From NCBI GenBank assembly GCA_964511665.1, contig CAZEHA010000016.1:242-64241 (forward strand): a DNA stretch of 64,000 nucleotides, read 5' to 3'. Both the position numbers and the translations under genes were made by a program. How positions within the stretch are numbered: the first letter of the stretch is position 1; each line of letters begins with the position of its first letter. This stretch comes from an uncultured Bacteroidales bacterium. Its GTDB lineage: Bacteria; Bacteroidota; Bacteroidia; Bacteroidales; ML635J-15. The notes beneath the pieces are model-generated. The model was not told where the DNA came from and made no database searches. It was given only the letters and a program-made list of their open reading frames with translations. Below are positions 26,959 through 36,445 of this stretch, in pieces.

Positions 26959-29140
26959 GATTATTGAAACCGGCCGCTATTTGTTTTTTGAGCCTGGTAC
27001 CAAAATACGAATACGCGAGTATTCTCCAATATTTACCGAAAAAGGAGCCTTTACTTTTCCTTTCAATATACCGGTTAACGAAAACCGCCACGCGCTGAAA
27101 CTAATCGACCGCGTTGATTTGGCAAACGAACCGGTTTATGAGTTTCCTATTCGCATCGAAAGCGATGTACTGCCATTTGAAATGGGTATTCTATCGGTGC
27201 AAGCATCGAACACAAAATTTCAGTGCGCTCTGTATATTGAGCATGGAATGTTCAACAACATTGTGCAAAACAAGAAGCTCGATGAATTAACCGACATACC
27301 GGTAACAATGGGTGGCGATTTTGACGAATTTATTGAAGCTGCAAACGAAATGACCTCTAAAAACTTCCCGGAAGTCGATTTTCAGTTTCCAATTATGCAC
27401 CATCCCGAACCTTACGAAAACACGGTTATTAATAAATTCTTTAAATTTGCTAACTACTACAAATGGCACGAAGCAGAACCAAGCTATTCTAAAAATAATT
27501 ATTTAGACCCTGAATTACCCGATTACCCGGGTCAAGTTGGTTGGCCGGTAGGTAAAGGCATTATTAACCCGTATAATCTTACAAGCTACATTCCGTGTGT
27601 GTTTGTGATGAGTGTGCTGAAAAACATAATAGAACATTGCGGCTACAAATGCGAAGGCACTCCGCTAACCAACACCGAAACAAATCAGCTAATTTTTGTG
27701 AGCAACAAAAGCATCGACAAAACACCGGAAATTATTCAGGATTATGTTGTGAAAGTTGGCAGAAGTAGTGATGTTGTTATTGATACCTACCATGCAATAG
27801 TATTCGATTTTAAAACAGGAGGAAGCTATCAGGACGTATATGATAAATACTTGAATACAGGCGGTACATTGAATGGTAGATTTAATGGGTACTATGGCGA
27901 TGACATTGATAGAATATTTCAATTTCATTATAAACTTATTCTCTATAATCATTTTGAAGATACCGTAACTTTCAAATTATCATGCAACCACTTGCTCAAT
28001 AACTTTTCATTCAGCGATTCGTATAGCATTGAGCCCGAAGAAACAAAAACTATTGAAGGAGAATTATTGGCTTACCATAGAGGCAATATGCCTGAAGTTG
28101 AAGGACTATCTCATTTTGGGCTAAGTTTTTTGTTTGACGATCCTGATTTTGAAATTACTTTAAAACAGGGCAGCACCCTCGATATAATTCCAATAAGCGA
28201 TACACTAACGGTATTGCCGCGCAACGAATTCAACCTTAACGAGTGCCTGCCGCCCATTACTGCAAAACAATTGCTTCACGACCTGAAGCACATATTCGGC
28301 ATTGTTCACTGCCCCGAAGGCGACACCATGCATTTATATTTCTTCAAAGATATTTTTAACAGCCTGCCGGTTGCCGACCTTACGGCCTACGAACTTGTGA
28401 ATGTGCAAAAGGGAAGTACCGATAAAATAAAATCGCTATCGTACCCCGGTGGTTTCGACAGCAGCGATTTTGAGTATATTTCGGTAAATACTCTGCCCTA
28501 CAGCACAGTGCCCGGGCAAATTGCATTTACGGCAGCTTCGGGCACCTGGTGGCGTAACAGCCATGACCAGTATTACAGTTTTTTTTGGGAATTTTGGAAT
28601 AAAGATTTAAACCTGCGCCGCACCGGCTGCACCGAAGGCAACGATATTGTGCTTGTAGCCGATTTACCACGTATATTAATGGTGAATCACGATTACACAT
28701 CGCCCGATCATTGGATGCCCGCTATTCAAATTGCAGATAAATTGGTATCGCCTCTCAACAAAGAGGTAAAAGCCATGAACTATACACTTGCATTTTGGCG
28801 CGGCATGCAAAACGACGGTAGCGGCAGCCCCTACCCTTATGCAACACCCTATGTGTACCGCGTCGGTGGACTTATTATAGCAAGCCGGCAACTACGATAC
28901 AATGGCCAATATGGCACCTACGATACCTACATGAAACCACTGGTTGAAACGCTTAACGCAAACAACAACCTGAAAACACTGTGGTTTAACATGCCATTGC
29001 GGCTTATAAAAAAGCTGAATTTTGCCAAAACCTACATTAGCAACGGAATGAAATTCATGATTTACATGCACGATTATGAATTTTTGGTAAACGAAGACGA
29101 AATAAAAGGCTCGCAGGAAATGCAGGTTATTTCGCTTTAA
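26948..29140 (+). CDS. Minor tail protein
   Basis: About 730 aa from ATG 26948; FTFPFNIP..N, YIPCVFV, LNECLP motifs. Confidence 0.65.
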   Translation: MKVKIIETGRYLFFEPGTKIRIREYSPIFTEKGAFTFPFNIPVNENRHALKLIDRVDLANEPVYEFPIRIESDVLPFEMGILSVQASNTKFQCALYIEHGMFNNIVQNKKLDELTDIPVTMGGDFDEFIEAANEMTSKNFPEVDFQFPIMHHPEPYENTVINKFFKFANYYKWHEAEPSYSKNNYLDPELPDYPGQVGWPVGKGIINPYNLTSYIPCVFVMSVLKNIIEHCGYKCEGTPLTNTETNQLIFVSNKSIDKTPEIIQDYVVKVGRSSDVVIDTYHAIVFDFKTGGSYQDVYDKYLNTGGTLNGRFNGYYGDDIDRIFQFHYKLILYNHFEDTVTFKLSCNHLLNNFSFSDSYSIEPEETKTIEGELLAYHRGNMPEVEGLSHFGLSFLFDDPDFEITLKQGSTLDIIPISDTLTVLPRNEFNLNECLPPITAKQLLHDLKHIFGIVHCPEGDTMHLYFFKDIFNSLPVADLTAYELVNVQKGSTDKIKSLSYPGGFDSSDFEYISVNTLPYSTVPGQIAFTAASGTWWRNSHDQYYSFFWEFWNKDLNLRRTGCTEGNDIVLVADLPRILMVNHDYTSPDHWMPAIQIADKLVSPLNKEVKAMNYTLAFWRGMQNDGSGSPYPYATPYVYRVGGLIIASRQLRYNGQYGTYDTYMKPLVETLNANNNLKTLWFNMPLRLIKKLNFAKTYISNGMKFMIYMHDYEFLVNEDEIKGSQEMQVISL

Positions 29141-29481
29141 ATGCTATCGCGATACACCAATTCAACCCTGTGGCCGCTGGCAGTCTCGTCAAACAACACT
29201 TTGTTATTGCGTTTAACGGTTAAGTTTATTTGAGCGTTGTTTTGCGTTTTCACAATTATTTCTCTATATGCAACACCATATTGCTGCCATGAATAGTAAA
29301 AATACACACCACAATCATACTCGGCAAAATCTAAAAAAACATCCTGAAAATTAATACTCACACTATTGTTGTCGGAAGTACTTGTAAACAACACTTCATA
29401 TTGATTTGTATTTGTTTCGGGGTTTTCGCAGCCAAACGCAAAAAGCAATGCGAATACAATTATACTAATTTTCAGTTTCAT
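29137..29481 (-). CDS. Small lipoprotein (moron)
   Basis: Lipobox LLFAFG-C followed by ENPE. Confidence 0.7.
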   Translation of the reverse strand: MKLKISIIVFALLFAFGCENPETNTNQYEVLFTSTSDNNSVSINFQDVFLDFAEYDCGVYFYYSWQQYGVAYREIIVKTQNNAQINLTVKRNNKVLFDETASGHRVELVYRDSI

Positions 29482-29833
29482 AAAATCGAGGTCTTATTCT
29501 TACTTCAGCATTGCTTTTCCTGTTTTCAACAAATGCAATACAAACATTATTACAATAATATTCTACACACACATATGCTGAATCGCTACCATCGAGAACC
29601 TTAGCATAAAAATAATCGTCATCGGTGCTCACACAACTTTTTAATACTACAAAATTATTTGCAACTGTATCCATAAATGATTCGGAGCATGCATGAAGTC
29701 CATAATAAACAAAATATTGTTCGCCTGAACCGTACACCGTGTATTTTATGTTATTTACCGTTGGTTCGGGCTCTCGCTGGCAACCCGTTATTGCGAGTAA
29801 TAATGCTAATAGTACGTAATAGGCCTTACTCAT
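29465..29833 (-). CDS. Small Cys-rich lipoprotein (moron)
   Basis: Lipobox LLAITG-C followed by QREPE. Confidence 0.7.
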   Translation of the reverse strand: MSKAYYVLLALLLAITGCQREPEPTVNNIKYTVYGSGEQYFVYYGLHACSESFMDTVANNFVVLKSCVSTDDDYFYAKVLDGSDSAYVCVEYYCNNVCIAFVENRKSNAEVRIRPRFYETEN

Positions 29834-30651
29834 TTTTTTTTGTCGAGTTTTTTTATTTCCTTACTTTTTTGCTTAAGTTGTTTTTTTACTTCTTTAATAT
29901 CGTTGTGCGCAGGTAGGTTTTCGGGCAATATACCCGAAATTTCGTGCATCGATTTTCGCACTTTACGGCCAACTGTTTCGGCGGCATTTTCAAGAGCCGG
30001 CTGGCCTTTAATGTTTTCTGATTTAATTTTTAGTTCGGTTTGGGTTATTCTAAAAAGGTTGGCGGCCAGTTCATCTTTTCCCATAAAGTCGAGCATCGAT
30101 TTGTTGGTAGGTATATTTCGAGCAGCCTTGAGTTGGCTGATATTCTTATTGTACATTCCGCGATAACCGGCATTCTGAAAAAAAGCGTAATTACCAACAC
30201 CTGCCTGATGAGCCACACCCGAAAGGCTTGCCTCTCGCTCCGAAACTTCGTCGCGCACCACAAGGCGTTCAACCATTGATGCTTCTTCTATGTAGTTGCT
30301 AACCGCTCCGGCCAAAGTAGCAAAATAAGCTTGCGCCATAGCCACAGCAGGTTTCTTTCCATCAGCATTCATCACCGTGAGGTAGCATGCAAACCGCGAT
30401 AGTTTAAAATCGTGGCGTTTTTTGTTGCTATCAACTATAAGTTCCTGAACAAAATTATCGATTATTGGAATGTTCAGCGTGTTGCAAGTAGTCATGGCCT
30501 TATTGATGGCTCGCTGAAAAGTGCTCATGGTTTCGTAGCCGAGCATGTTCATCAAGTCGCTGGCATACCACCAGGTAAATCCGTTCTCGTGGCTGTATTC
30601 TTCGAAATTATCGCCCGAAAAACTGCGGTAAAAAAGTTCTAAGTCGGTCAT
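29830..30651 (-). CDS. dinD: DNA-damage-inducible protein D / BRO-N family protein
   Basis: WYASDLMNMLGY, LSRFACYL..MNAD..KPAVA.AQAYFA, FQNAGYRGMY, LDFMG..ELAANLFRITQT, PENLP. Confidence 0.82.
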   Translation of the reverse strand: MTDLELFYRSFSGDNFEEYSHENGFTWWYASDLMNMLGYETMSTFQRAINKAMTTCNTLNIPIIDNFVQELIVDSNKKRHDFKLSRFACYLTVMNADGKKPAVAMAQAYFATLAGAVSNYIEEASMVERLVVRDEVSEREASLSGVAHQAGVGNYAFFQNAGYRGMYNKNISQLKAARNIPTNKSMLDFMGKDELAANLFRITQTELKIKSENIKGQPALENAAETVGRKVRKSMHEISGILPENLPAHNDIKEVKKQLKQKSKEIKKLDKKK

Positions 30652-30765
30652 AGCGTGTAGTAGTTATAGTGCAAATTTATAAAAATTAAAAACTATTACA
30701 GTAATGAATTTGTAATTTTTTTGCACCCCTATTGTTTTTTTCGAAAACTTAACCTATTTTTGTAG

Positions 30766-30920
30766 TGCACATACAGTTAAATAATGAGAACATCAGCTAA
30801 CAAAAATTTTAGGGGCCAAAAGGCGGTGAGAGTTTTGGAAACTCATCTTTCCTTTTTGGACTGTGTGTGCAGCGCTGCCCGGCGGCCCCTTCATAAAACA
30901 AATGTATTATGCACACACAG
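30766..30920 (+). ncRNA. Structured leader / C4- or CI-like antisense RNA candidate
   Basis: After -7 box TATTTTTG (30755-30762); stem AGGGGCC/GGCCCCT; internal ACTGTGTGTGCA is complementary to both 30766-30777 and the start-codon region 30910-30920. Confidence 0.5.
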
Positions 30921-31442
30921 AACGAAAACACATCGCCCTGCCCGAGATGGGATGGCGACAGGCTTGCCGAAACCATTAGCAAGCTCATTGCCCGGATAAA
31001 CATTCCCCGGGTAGAAGAAATCATCAGCAAAGCAGCCGAGCAAAACGCCGATTTTAAAGAATTGGCAGGAGTTGCAGAACTACTGAAGCTCATGCACAAC
31101 TACGCACACCACTACCAAGATGCAGCCGAGCTATTTGTGTATGCGCTGCACGTAGAAGATGGCGAACTGGGCAGCTACTTGCGCCTTGCCAGCGACATAA
31201 TCTCGATGCACATCGACGAAGACGGCTGCCCTGTGGAAATTAAGCGCGATTTGCTGTTTACTCTAAATCGGTTTTCGCAACAGGTCACCGAAATAGAGCA
31301 AATCTATGGCATTCACAACGAGCGATGCCTAAGTAATTTCTACATAAGCGAAACACCCTACATGGACCACAAGCTTAAAGACATACAACGAAAGTGCAAT
31401 GCATTTATCGATGGCATAAATCCAAACCTAAAAGCATCGTAA
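30909..31442 (+). CDS. Phage hypothetical protein
   Basis: 177 aa helical ORF behind the structured leader. Confidence 0.6.
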   Translation: MHTQNENTSPCPRWDGDRLAETISKLIARINIPRVEEIISKAAEQNADFKELAGVAELLKLMHNYAHHYQDAAELFVYALHVEDGELGSYLRLASDIISMHIDEDGCPVEIKRDLLFTLNRFSQQVTEIEQIYGIHNERCLSNFYISETPYMDHKLKDIQRKCNAFIDGINPNLKAS

Positions 31443-31444
31443 TT

Positions 31445-31627
31445 ATGGAAGAACTGGTAAAAAATGCAACAAATAGCTTTTGCAAATGGTTTGGGAAAAC
31501 TCCCGAGAGCCTATCGAAAGAAGAAAAAGAGCAAATAAAGTGGGCATTACAGTTACATGCCGAGTTACTTAGCACACGCGATGAATCGTACAAAAAACTA
31601 AAAAAAGAATTGTTCGATGTAAGTTAG
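31445..31627 (+). CDS. Small hypothetical protein
   Basis: 60 aa from ATG 31445, 2 nt after the upstream stop; ends YKKLKKELFDVS. Confidence 0.55.
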   Translation: MEELVKNATNSFCKWFGKTPESLSKEEKEQIKWALQLHAELLSTRDESYKKLKKELFDVS

Positions 31628-31643
31628 TGCAATATTATATTCC

Positions 31644-31670
31644 AAAAAAGGCCTTAAATGGCCTTTTTTT
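31644..31670. terminator. Bidirectional terminator
   Basis: AAAAAAGGCC-TTAAAT-GGCCTTTTTTT between convergent genes. Confidence 0.8.
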
Positions 31671-31672
31671 GT

Positions 31673-32890
31673 TTACAGTTTCGGGAAATTCAACTTAATT
31701 TCTTCACTCACAAAGCCGCGTTTTTTACGTGCATAAGCTTCGGTAGTGCTTAGGTAAGCATGTCCGCATTGGTGCTGAATGTGACGCATTGATACACCTG
31801 CAGCATCGGCTTCAACCACGCCGGTGTGTTTCCAGCTGTACAGGGTGTAAGTTTTTGGCAGTTTCAGCTTATCGCGAATAATTGCAAAGCGATATCGCAA
31901 CGTATTATTTCCAATTGGTACGGGTCCCGGAATTCTACCGGTACCAAACACATAAAAACTCTCGGGATATGTATTCAGTTTAAACACTTCGATTAACTCT
32001 TGCAAAAACACATCAGGTATTATTGGTTTTCGCTGCATATTGGTTTTTGCACGTTGGCGGCTAATATCAATGCGCCCTGCATAAAAATCGATATCGCCAA
32101 TTTTTGTAAACCTCAATTCCCGGGGGCGTATCATGCAATAATATTCGAACTTCACAAACAGAAGCAACTGCTGATCAGCCTGCATAGCTTCGAGAAGCAA
32201 TTCTCTATCGTGCTTACGAATAGGCTCCGGGGCTGCTTCGTTTATATACTGCGATTTCGGTATATCATAAACAGGAGTTTGATACACTTGCTTATTGTGC
32301 TTGATAATGTATTCGAATAAAGAATGAATAATATGCCTGTATTTTCGAACAGTATTTTCGCTAAGCTTACGTTTGTTGATTAGAAACAGAAAAAACTCAA
32401 CAATAGTATCGTTTGTGATTGCAGCAACATCATATTGTGCAAACCCATTGGCTTCAATCCACATTGTAAAAACACGAAGTTTGCTGCGATAGGTTGGAAG
32501 TGTTCCTGTTTCATCAAGTCCTGTCATACTTTCAATAAACTGGCTCGCATAGTATCTCACAGTTTTATTGCTGCAAATTTTATTACTATAAATATCGGCA
32601 ACGTGCTTATATTGAAGCTGGTCGGCATATACAGTTCCTGAATCATCGTAATACGGATTCCATCCTTGCTCCAGCATCTTATTCAATTCCGATATTTTGA
32701 TTTCGGCAGCCTGGTATCGCTCTTGAGCTGTTGGCAAATTCAATCCTTTGTAGTCTTTTTTTCGCACAAGTTTACCCGGTCGTTGCGGATCCGGCACACT
32801 GTAATAAATAAACCACTGTTTTGTGAGGTCGCCATTGGCATCATCGAGCTTGGGGCGAATAAATAGTTTTTGTCTTTTCATGTCGAACAT
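31673..32890 (-). CDS. Tyrosine integrase
   Basis: IRPREL (R), AKT (K), YSWKHT, QCGH, TTEAY (Y); adjacent to the tRNA 3' end. Confidence 0.92.
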   Translation of the reverse strand: MFDMKRQKLFIRPKLDDANGDLTKQWFIYYSVPDPQRPGKLVRKKDYKGLNLPTAQERYQAAEIKISELNKMLEQGWNPYYDDSGTVYADQLQYKHVADIYSNKICSNKTVRYYASQFIESMTGLDETGTLPTYRSKLRVFTMWIEANGFAQYDVAAITNDTIVEFFLFLINKRKLSENTVRKYRHIIHSLFEYIIKHNKQVYQTPVYDIPKSQYINEAAPEPIRKHDRELLLEAMQADQQLLLFVKFEYYCMIRPRELRFTKIGDIDFYAGRIDISRQRAKTNMQRKPIIPDVFLQELIEVFKLNTYPESFYVFGTGRIPGPVPIGNNTLRYRFAIIRDKLKLPKTYTLYSWKHTGVVEADAAGVSMRHIQHQCGHAYLSTTEAYARKKRGFVSEEIKLNFPKL

Positions 32891-32932
32891 TTTAAAGCGG
32901 CTCCTGATGCTCTCAATGTTCTACTCAAAAAC

Positions 32933-32970
32933 TTGTCTGTAAATTGTCTGCAACAAATGGTTTTTGTCTG
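32933..32970. repeat. Three TTGTCTG direct repeats (candidate integrase arm-type sites)
   Basis: Copies at 32933, 32944 and 32964, between integrase start and tRNA. Confidence 0.6.
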
Positions 32971-32981
32971 TTTTAAAGACT

Positions 32982-32994
32982 TAAACCATTGATT
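32982..32994 (-). promoter_or_regulatory. IHF-type binding site in the att arm
   Basis: Minus strand AATCAATGGTTTA matches WATCAANNNNTTR. Confidence 0.5.
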
Positions 32995-33016
32995 TACAAA
33001 ACATTTCCTTTTAAAG

Positions 33017-33091
33017 TCGGGGTAGTAAGATTCGAACTTACGGCCCCCTGGTCCCAAACCAGGTGCGCTAACCGGACTGCGCTATACCCCG
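33017..33091 (-). tRNA. tRNA-Pro (TGG)
   Basis: Minus strand CGGGGTATAGCGCAGTCCGGTTAGCGCACCTGGTTTGGGACCAGGGGGCCGTAAGTTCGAATCTTACTACCCCGA; anticodon loop TTTGGGA; CCA not encoded. Confidence 0.96.
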
Positions 33092-33184
33092 CTGTTTTAT
33101 TTAAACAGGCTGCAAAAATAATAAGTTTTACCGAAATTCAAACTCTATAATTAAATTTATAATTTTACAGCGAATAAAACTACA

Positions 33185-34636
33185 ATGATACATTTTCGCA
33201 CAGTATTGCTTGTGTTGGGTATGTTACTCGGTGTTGAGGCTATTTTCATGCTTCTTTCGGGTGTGGTTGCGGTTGCATACAGCGGCAACGATATCGTAGC
33301 TCTGTTTGGTGCAGCAGCTATTTGCCTGTGCATGGGCGGTCTGCTGTATTTTACAAACCGAAAAGCCTCCCGCTCGGTTGGAAAAAAAGAAGCCTATCTG
33401 ATTGTTGCTCTCGGATGGATTGTGATGTCGTTAATGGGCACATTGCCGTTTGTGTTGCATGGTGGAATACCCCGCTTTACCGATGCTTTGTTCGAAACCG
33501 TTTCGGGATTTACCACCACAGGTGCCAGCATTCTCGATAATATCGAAGCTCTGCCTTACGGTTTACTTTTTTGGAGAAGCTTAACCCAATGGCTTGGTGG
33601 TATGGGTATTATTGTGCTTTCGATTGCCATTTTCCCATTAATAAAGGTTGGCGGCATGCAATTGTTTATTGCCGAGGTGCCTGGTGTTACCTACGATAAG
33701 CTGCATCCACGAATAACCGGCACGGCAAAACGCCTGTGGTTTTTATACCTAGGGTTTACAGTTGTTGAAGCCATTCTGTTGCATGTTGCCGGTATGTCGG
33801 TTTTCGATGCTGTTAACCATGCGTTTACTACCATGTCGACAGGTGGTTACAGCACCAGACAGGCCAGCATTGCTTATTGGGATTCGCCGGCAATTCATTA
33901 CATCATTATTGTATTTATGTTTTTGGCCGGAACAAACTTCACACTCCTTTACTTTGGCATCAAACTAAAGATTAAAAAAATATGGAACAACGACGAGTTT
34001 AAATTCTACATGTTTATCATGCTAATGGCGTCGTTGATACTTGCAATAGGCTTATATCATTTCATGCATATGGATGCCGAGTCCAGCATCAGATACGCAT
34101 TGTTTCAGGTGGTTTCAATTCTTACGACAACCGGCTATGCTACTGTGGATTACATAACATGGGTTCCTTCCTATTTGTGGGTAATACTGTTTATGCTGAT
34201 GTTTATAGGTGGTTCGGCCGGCTCAACCAGTGGAGGCATTAAATCGGTACGTATTTTACTCTTACTCAAAAACTCCTATCTGGAATTGAAAAGAATAATG
34301 CATCCCAACGCCGTTATTCCTGTGCATTTTAACCGCCAGGGGCTGGCTTCAGGAGTAATGTCGAACATCATGGCGTTTGTTATTTTTTACCTGATTATTT
34401 TTATAATCAGCACACTCATTATGTCGTTGTTTGGCCTTGATATTGTTTCGGCAATGGGGGCAGTAGCAGCTTGCCTGGGCAATGTAGGACCTGCTGTTGG
34501 TAAACTTGGCCCGGCCTATACTTATGCCTTTTTACACGACGGAGCCAAAGTATTTCTATCGTTTCTTATGGTATTAGGCAGGCTCGAGTTGTTTACCGTA
34601 TTGCTGATAATATCTCCGGTTTTCTGGAGAAAGTAA
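33185..34636 (+). CDS. trkH: TrkH potassium uptake membrane protein
   Basis: FETVSGFTTTG, STGG, TTTGY, GGSAGSTSGG, NVGP, GRLE. Confidence 0.93.
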   Translation: MIHFRTVLLVLGMLLGVEAIFMLLSGVVAVAYSGNDIVALFGAAAICLCMGGLLYFTNRKASRSVGKKEAYLIVALGWIVMSLMGTLPFVLHGGIPRFTDALFETVSGFTTTGASILDNIEALPYGLLFWRSLTQWLGGMGIIVLSIAIFPLIKVGGMQLFIAEVPGVTYDKLHPRITGTAKRLWFLYLGFTVVEAILLHVAGMSVFDAVNHAFTTMSTGGYSTRQASIAYWDSPAIHYIIIVFMFLAGTNFTLLYFGIKLKIKKIWNNDEFKFYMFIMLMASLILAIGLYHFMHMDAESSIRYALFQVVSILTTTGYATVDYITWVPSYLWVILFMLMFIGGSAGSTSGGIKSVRILLLLKNSYLELKRIMHPNAVIPVHFNRQGLASGVMSNIMAFVIFYLIIFIISTLIMSLFGLDIVSAMGAVAACLGNVGPAVGKLGPAYTYAFLHDGAKVFLSFLMVLGRLELFTVLLIISPVFWRK

Positions 34637-34645
34637 ACTTTCAAT

Positions 34646-35212
34646 CTAATTTATAATGCTCTGTAACTCATCGATGAAGTTCTCGTCGTCGGCAATTATG
34701 CGAAATCCATTTTCGGTGAGGAAACTATTCACCTCATCGAGGTTTCTTATAATTCGGTTCCTGTAGGTCTCTATTAATAAAATCCTATTGTCGGAAACCA
34801 AAAACCAACCCCAGCGATAGCTACCACGGTTGTTGCAACTGCATGTGCGATGATAGTATCGGGTTTTAACCAGTTTAACTTTGTAGCCTGCCGACAATTG
34901 GGCAAAATAAGTGGCTTCGTTGAAATAGTCGCCCGATGGAAGCGAAATCGACAAAAACTCTTTCTCGGGGTACGAGCCATAGCTGATTGATGAAACCTCA
35001 TCGGGTGTAATTCTCTCGGGCCTTTCGGCATTTTCGCCACGAAATCTGATAAAGCTTGAATAGCTTGAGTTTCGGTAAAATATCTTCCCTTCTTCACTAT
35101 GTCCGTCGTTATAAAACACAGTTGCACCTATCCATTCCTTTTGCTGTGCCTGTGACTGGGTCAGTGGCAGCAACAACATCAATAGTAATAAAATTCTAAT
35201 TACAGATTGCAT
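34646..35212 (-). CDS. Exported hypothetical protein
   Basis: Signal peptide (LLLPLTQSQA-Q); overlaps the ribH end. Confidence 0.65.
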   Translation of the reverse strand: MQSVIRILLLLMLLLPLTQSQAQQKEWIGATVFYNDGHSEEGKIFYRNSSYSSFIRFRGENAERPERITPDEVSSISYGSYPEKEFLSISLPSGDYFNEATYFAQLSAGYKVKLVKTRYYHRTCSCNNRGSYRWGWFLVSDNRILLIETYRNRIIRNLDEVNSFLTENGFRIIADDENFIDELQSIIN

Positions 35213-35694
35213 TTGTTTTTCAGACCCATCATTTTTAGGGCAGCATAAGCAGCCTCAACACCTTTGTTACCATATATTCCGCCGGCGCGATCGAGAGCTT
35301 GCTGCTGTGTGTTGGTGGTTAACACTCCAAATATTACCGGTATGTTATGCTTCAGGTTCAAGTCCATTATACCTCTTGCCACGCTTTCGCAGATAAAATC
35401 GAAATGCCGGGTTTCTCCCTGAATAACACAACCCAAACAGATTACTGCATCGCAGGCATATCCTTCGATGAGCCACTGTGCTGCCAAAGGCAACTCGTAA
35501 CTACCGGGCACATAAACAATTTTAACAGCATCGTCAGACACTTGCTGCTGAATAAGGGTTTCAACGGCTCCTTCAAGCAATTTATAAGTAACATCTTTGT
35601 TCCATTCCGAAACCACTATTCCCACACGAGCCCACTGCCCCGAAGGAACATTTTCGCTATTTATAAAAGATAGGTTATTGAATACACTCGACAT
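35200..35694 (-). CDS. ribH: 6,7-dimethyl-8-ribityllumazine synthase
   Basis: VPGSYELP, LGCVIQGETRHFD, VIFGVLT, QALDRAG, NKG. Confidence 0.96.
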   Translation of the reverse strand: MSSVFNNLSFINSENVPSGQWARVGIVVSEWNKDVTYKLLEGAVETLIQQQVSDDAVKIVYVPGSYELPLAAQWLIEGYACDAVICLGCVIQGETRHFDFICESVARGIMDLNLKHNIPVIFGVLTTNTQQQALDRAGGIYGNKGVEAAYAALKMMGLKNKCNL

Positions 35695-35746
35695 GGCTTA
35701 CAGTTTTGCGTAAATATACAAAAAAAAAGAGGCATTGCCTCAATTT

Positions 35747-36445
35747 TTATTCTCCTGCAAGTATTTTTGCTCTGGTAATGTATTTCTCAATATTACGTTG
35801 CTCGTTGGTGCCGTAGTATTCCTTTTCAATGCGATTATACACATTGAGAGCTTCATTGAATTTGCCTAGATTTTCGTAAGCCAAACCGGCACGCATCAAA
35901 TAAATGGGCGAAAGAAATTCGTTAGAAGCTGCTTTTGCTGCCTTTTCGTAGTATTTTACAGCGTCCTCCATCTTGCCCAGCTCTGCATAGGCATCACCAA
36001 TTAAGCCTATAGACAAAGGTTTCAGCATCTTATCTTTAGCTTTAAAATCTTCGAGGTATTCAATGGCTGTTTCAAATTCACCGAGGCGCATATAGCAAAC
36101 ACCCGCATAATAGCGAGCCAGATTACCCATATCGGTGCGACCATAATCGTCGATAATATCGAGAAACCCCATGTTAACGTTATCTCCTTCGAGAGCCAGG
36201 GCAAATGAATCGATTTCGAAATAATACTCTGCAACAAATGCCATGCCTGCAGCTTCACGCTCACGGGGTTCCATTATAAGATTTTTATATCCGATAATAC
36301 CTCCTATCAGCACAACGATACCCAATAAAACATACATAATAGTTTTTTGGTTGTTCTCAATGAACTGCTCGGTTTTGCCGAGTGCGTTTTGAACGGCACC
36401 CATGCTATCTTCCGACTGCTTAAAACTTTTTTTCTTTTTAGCCAT
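35747..36445 (-). CDS. Membrane-anchored TPR protein
   Basis: One TM plus TPR helices; ribH-TPR-recF arrangement typical of Bacteroidetes. Confidence 0.85.
   Translation of the reverse strand: MAKKKKSFKQSEDSMGAVQNALGKTEQFIENNQKTIMYVLLGIVVLIGGIIGYKNLIMEPREREAAGMAFVAEYYFEIDSFALALEGDNVNMGFLDIIDDYGRTDMGNLARYYAGVCYMRLGEFETAIEYLEDFKAKDKMLKPLSIGLIGDAYAELGKMEDAVKYYEKAAKAASNEFLSPIYLMRAGLAYENLGKFNEALNVYNRIEKEYYGTNEQRNIEKYITRAKILAGE

Larger units (their letters stand above)
1..33016. mobile_element. Prophage (siphovirus-like, Bacteroidetes type), right part; integrated at the tRNA-Pro 3' end; left boundary outside the window
   Basis: Co-oriented protease, capsid, terminase, portal, tape measure, amidase and tail genes; tyrosine integrase abutting the tRNA 3' end; housekeeping genes start right after the tRNA; no sheath gene recognised. 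Confidence 0.93.

Noticed and set aside
23563-29140. Diversity-generating retroelement or invertible tail-fibre cassette
   Set aside because: No reverse transcriptase, template/variable repeat pair or invertase seen in the window
30784-30999. 71-aa ORF across the structured leader
   Set aside because: Overlaps ORF 30909 in another frame and has no recognisable motif; better explained as RNA structure, though a leader peptide is not excluded
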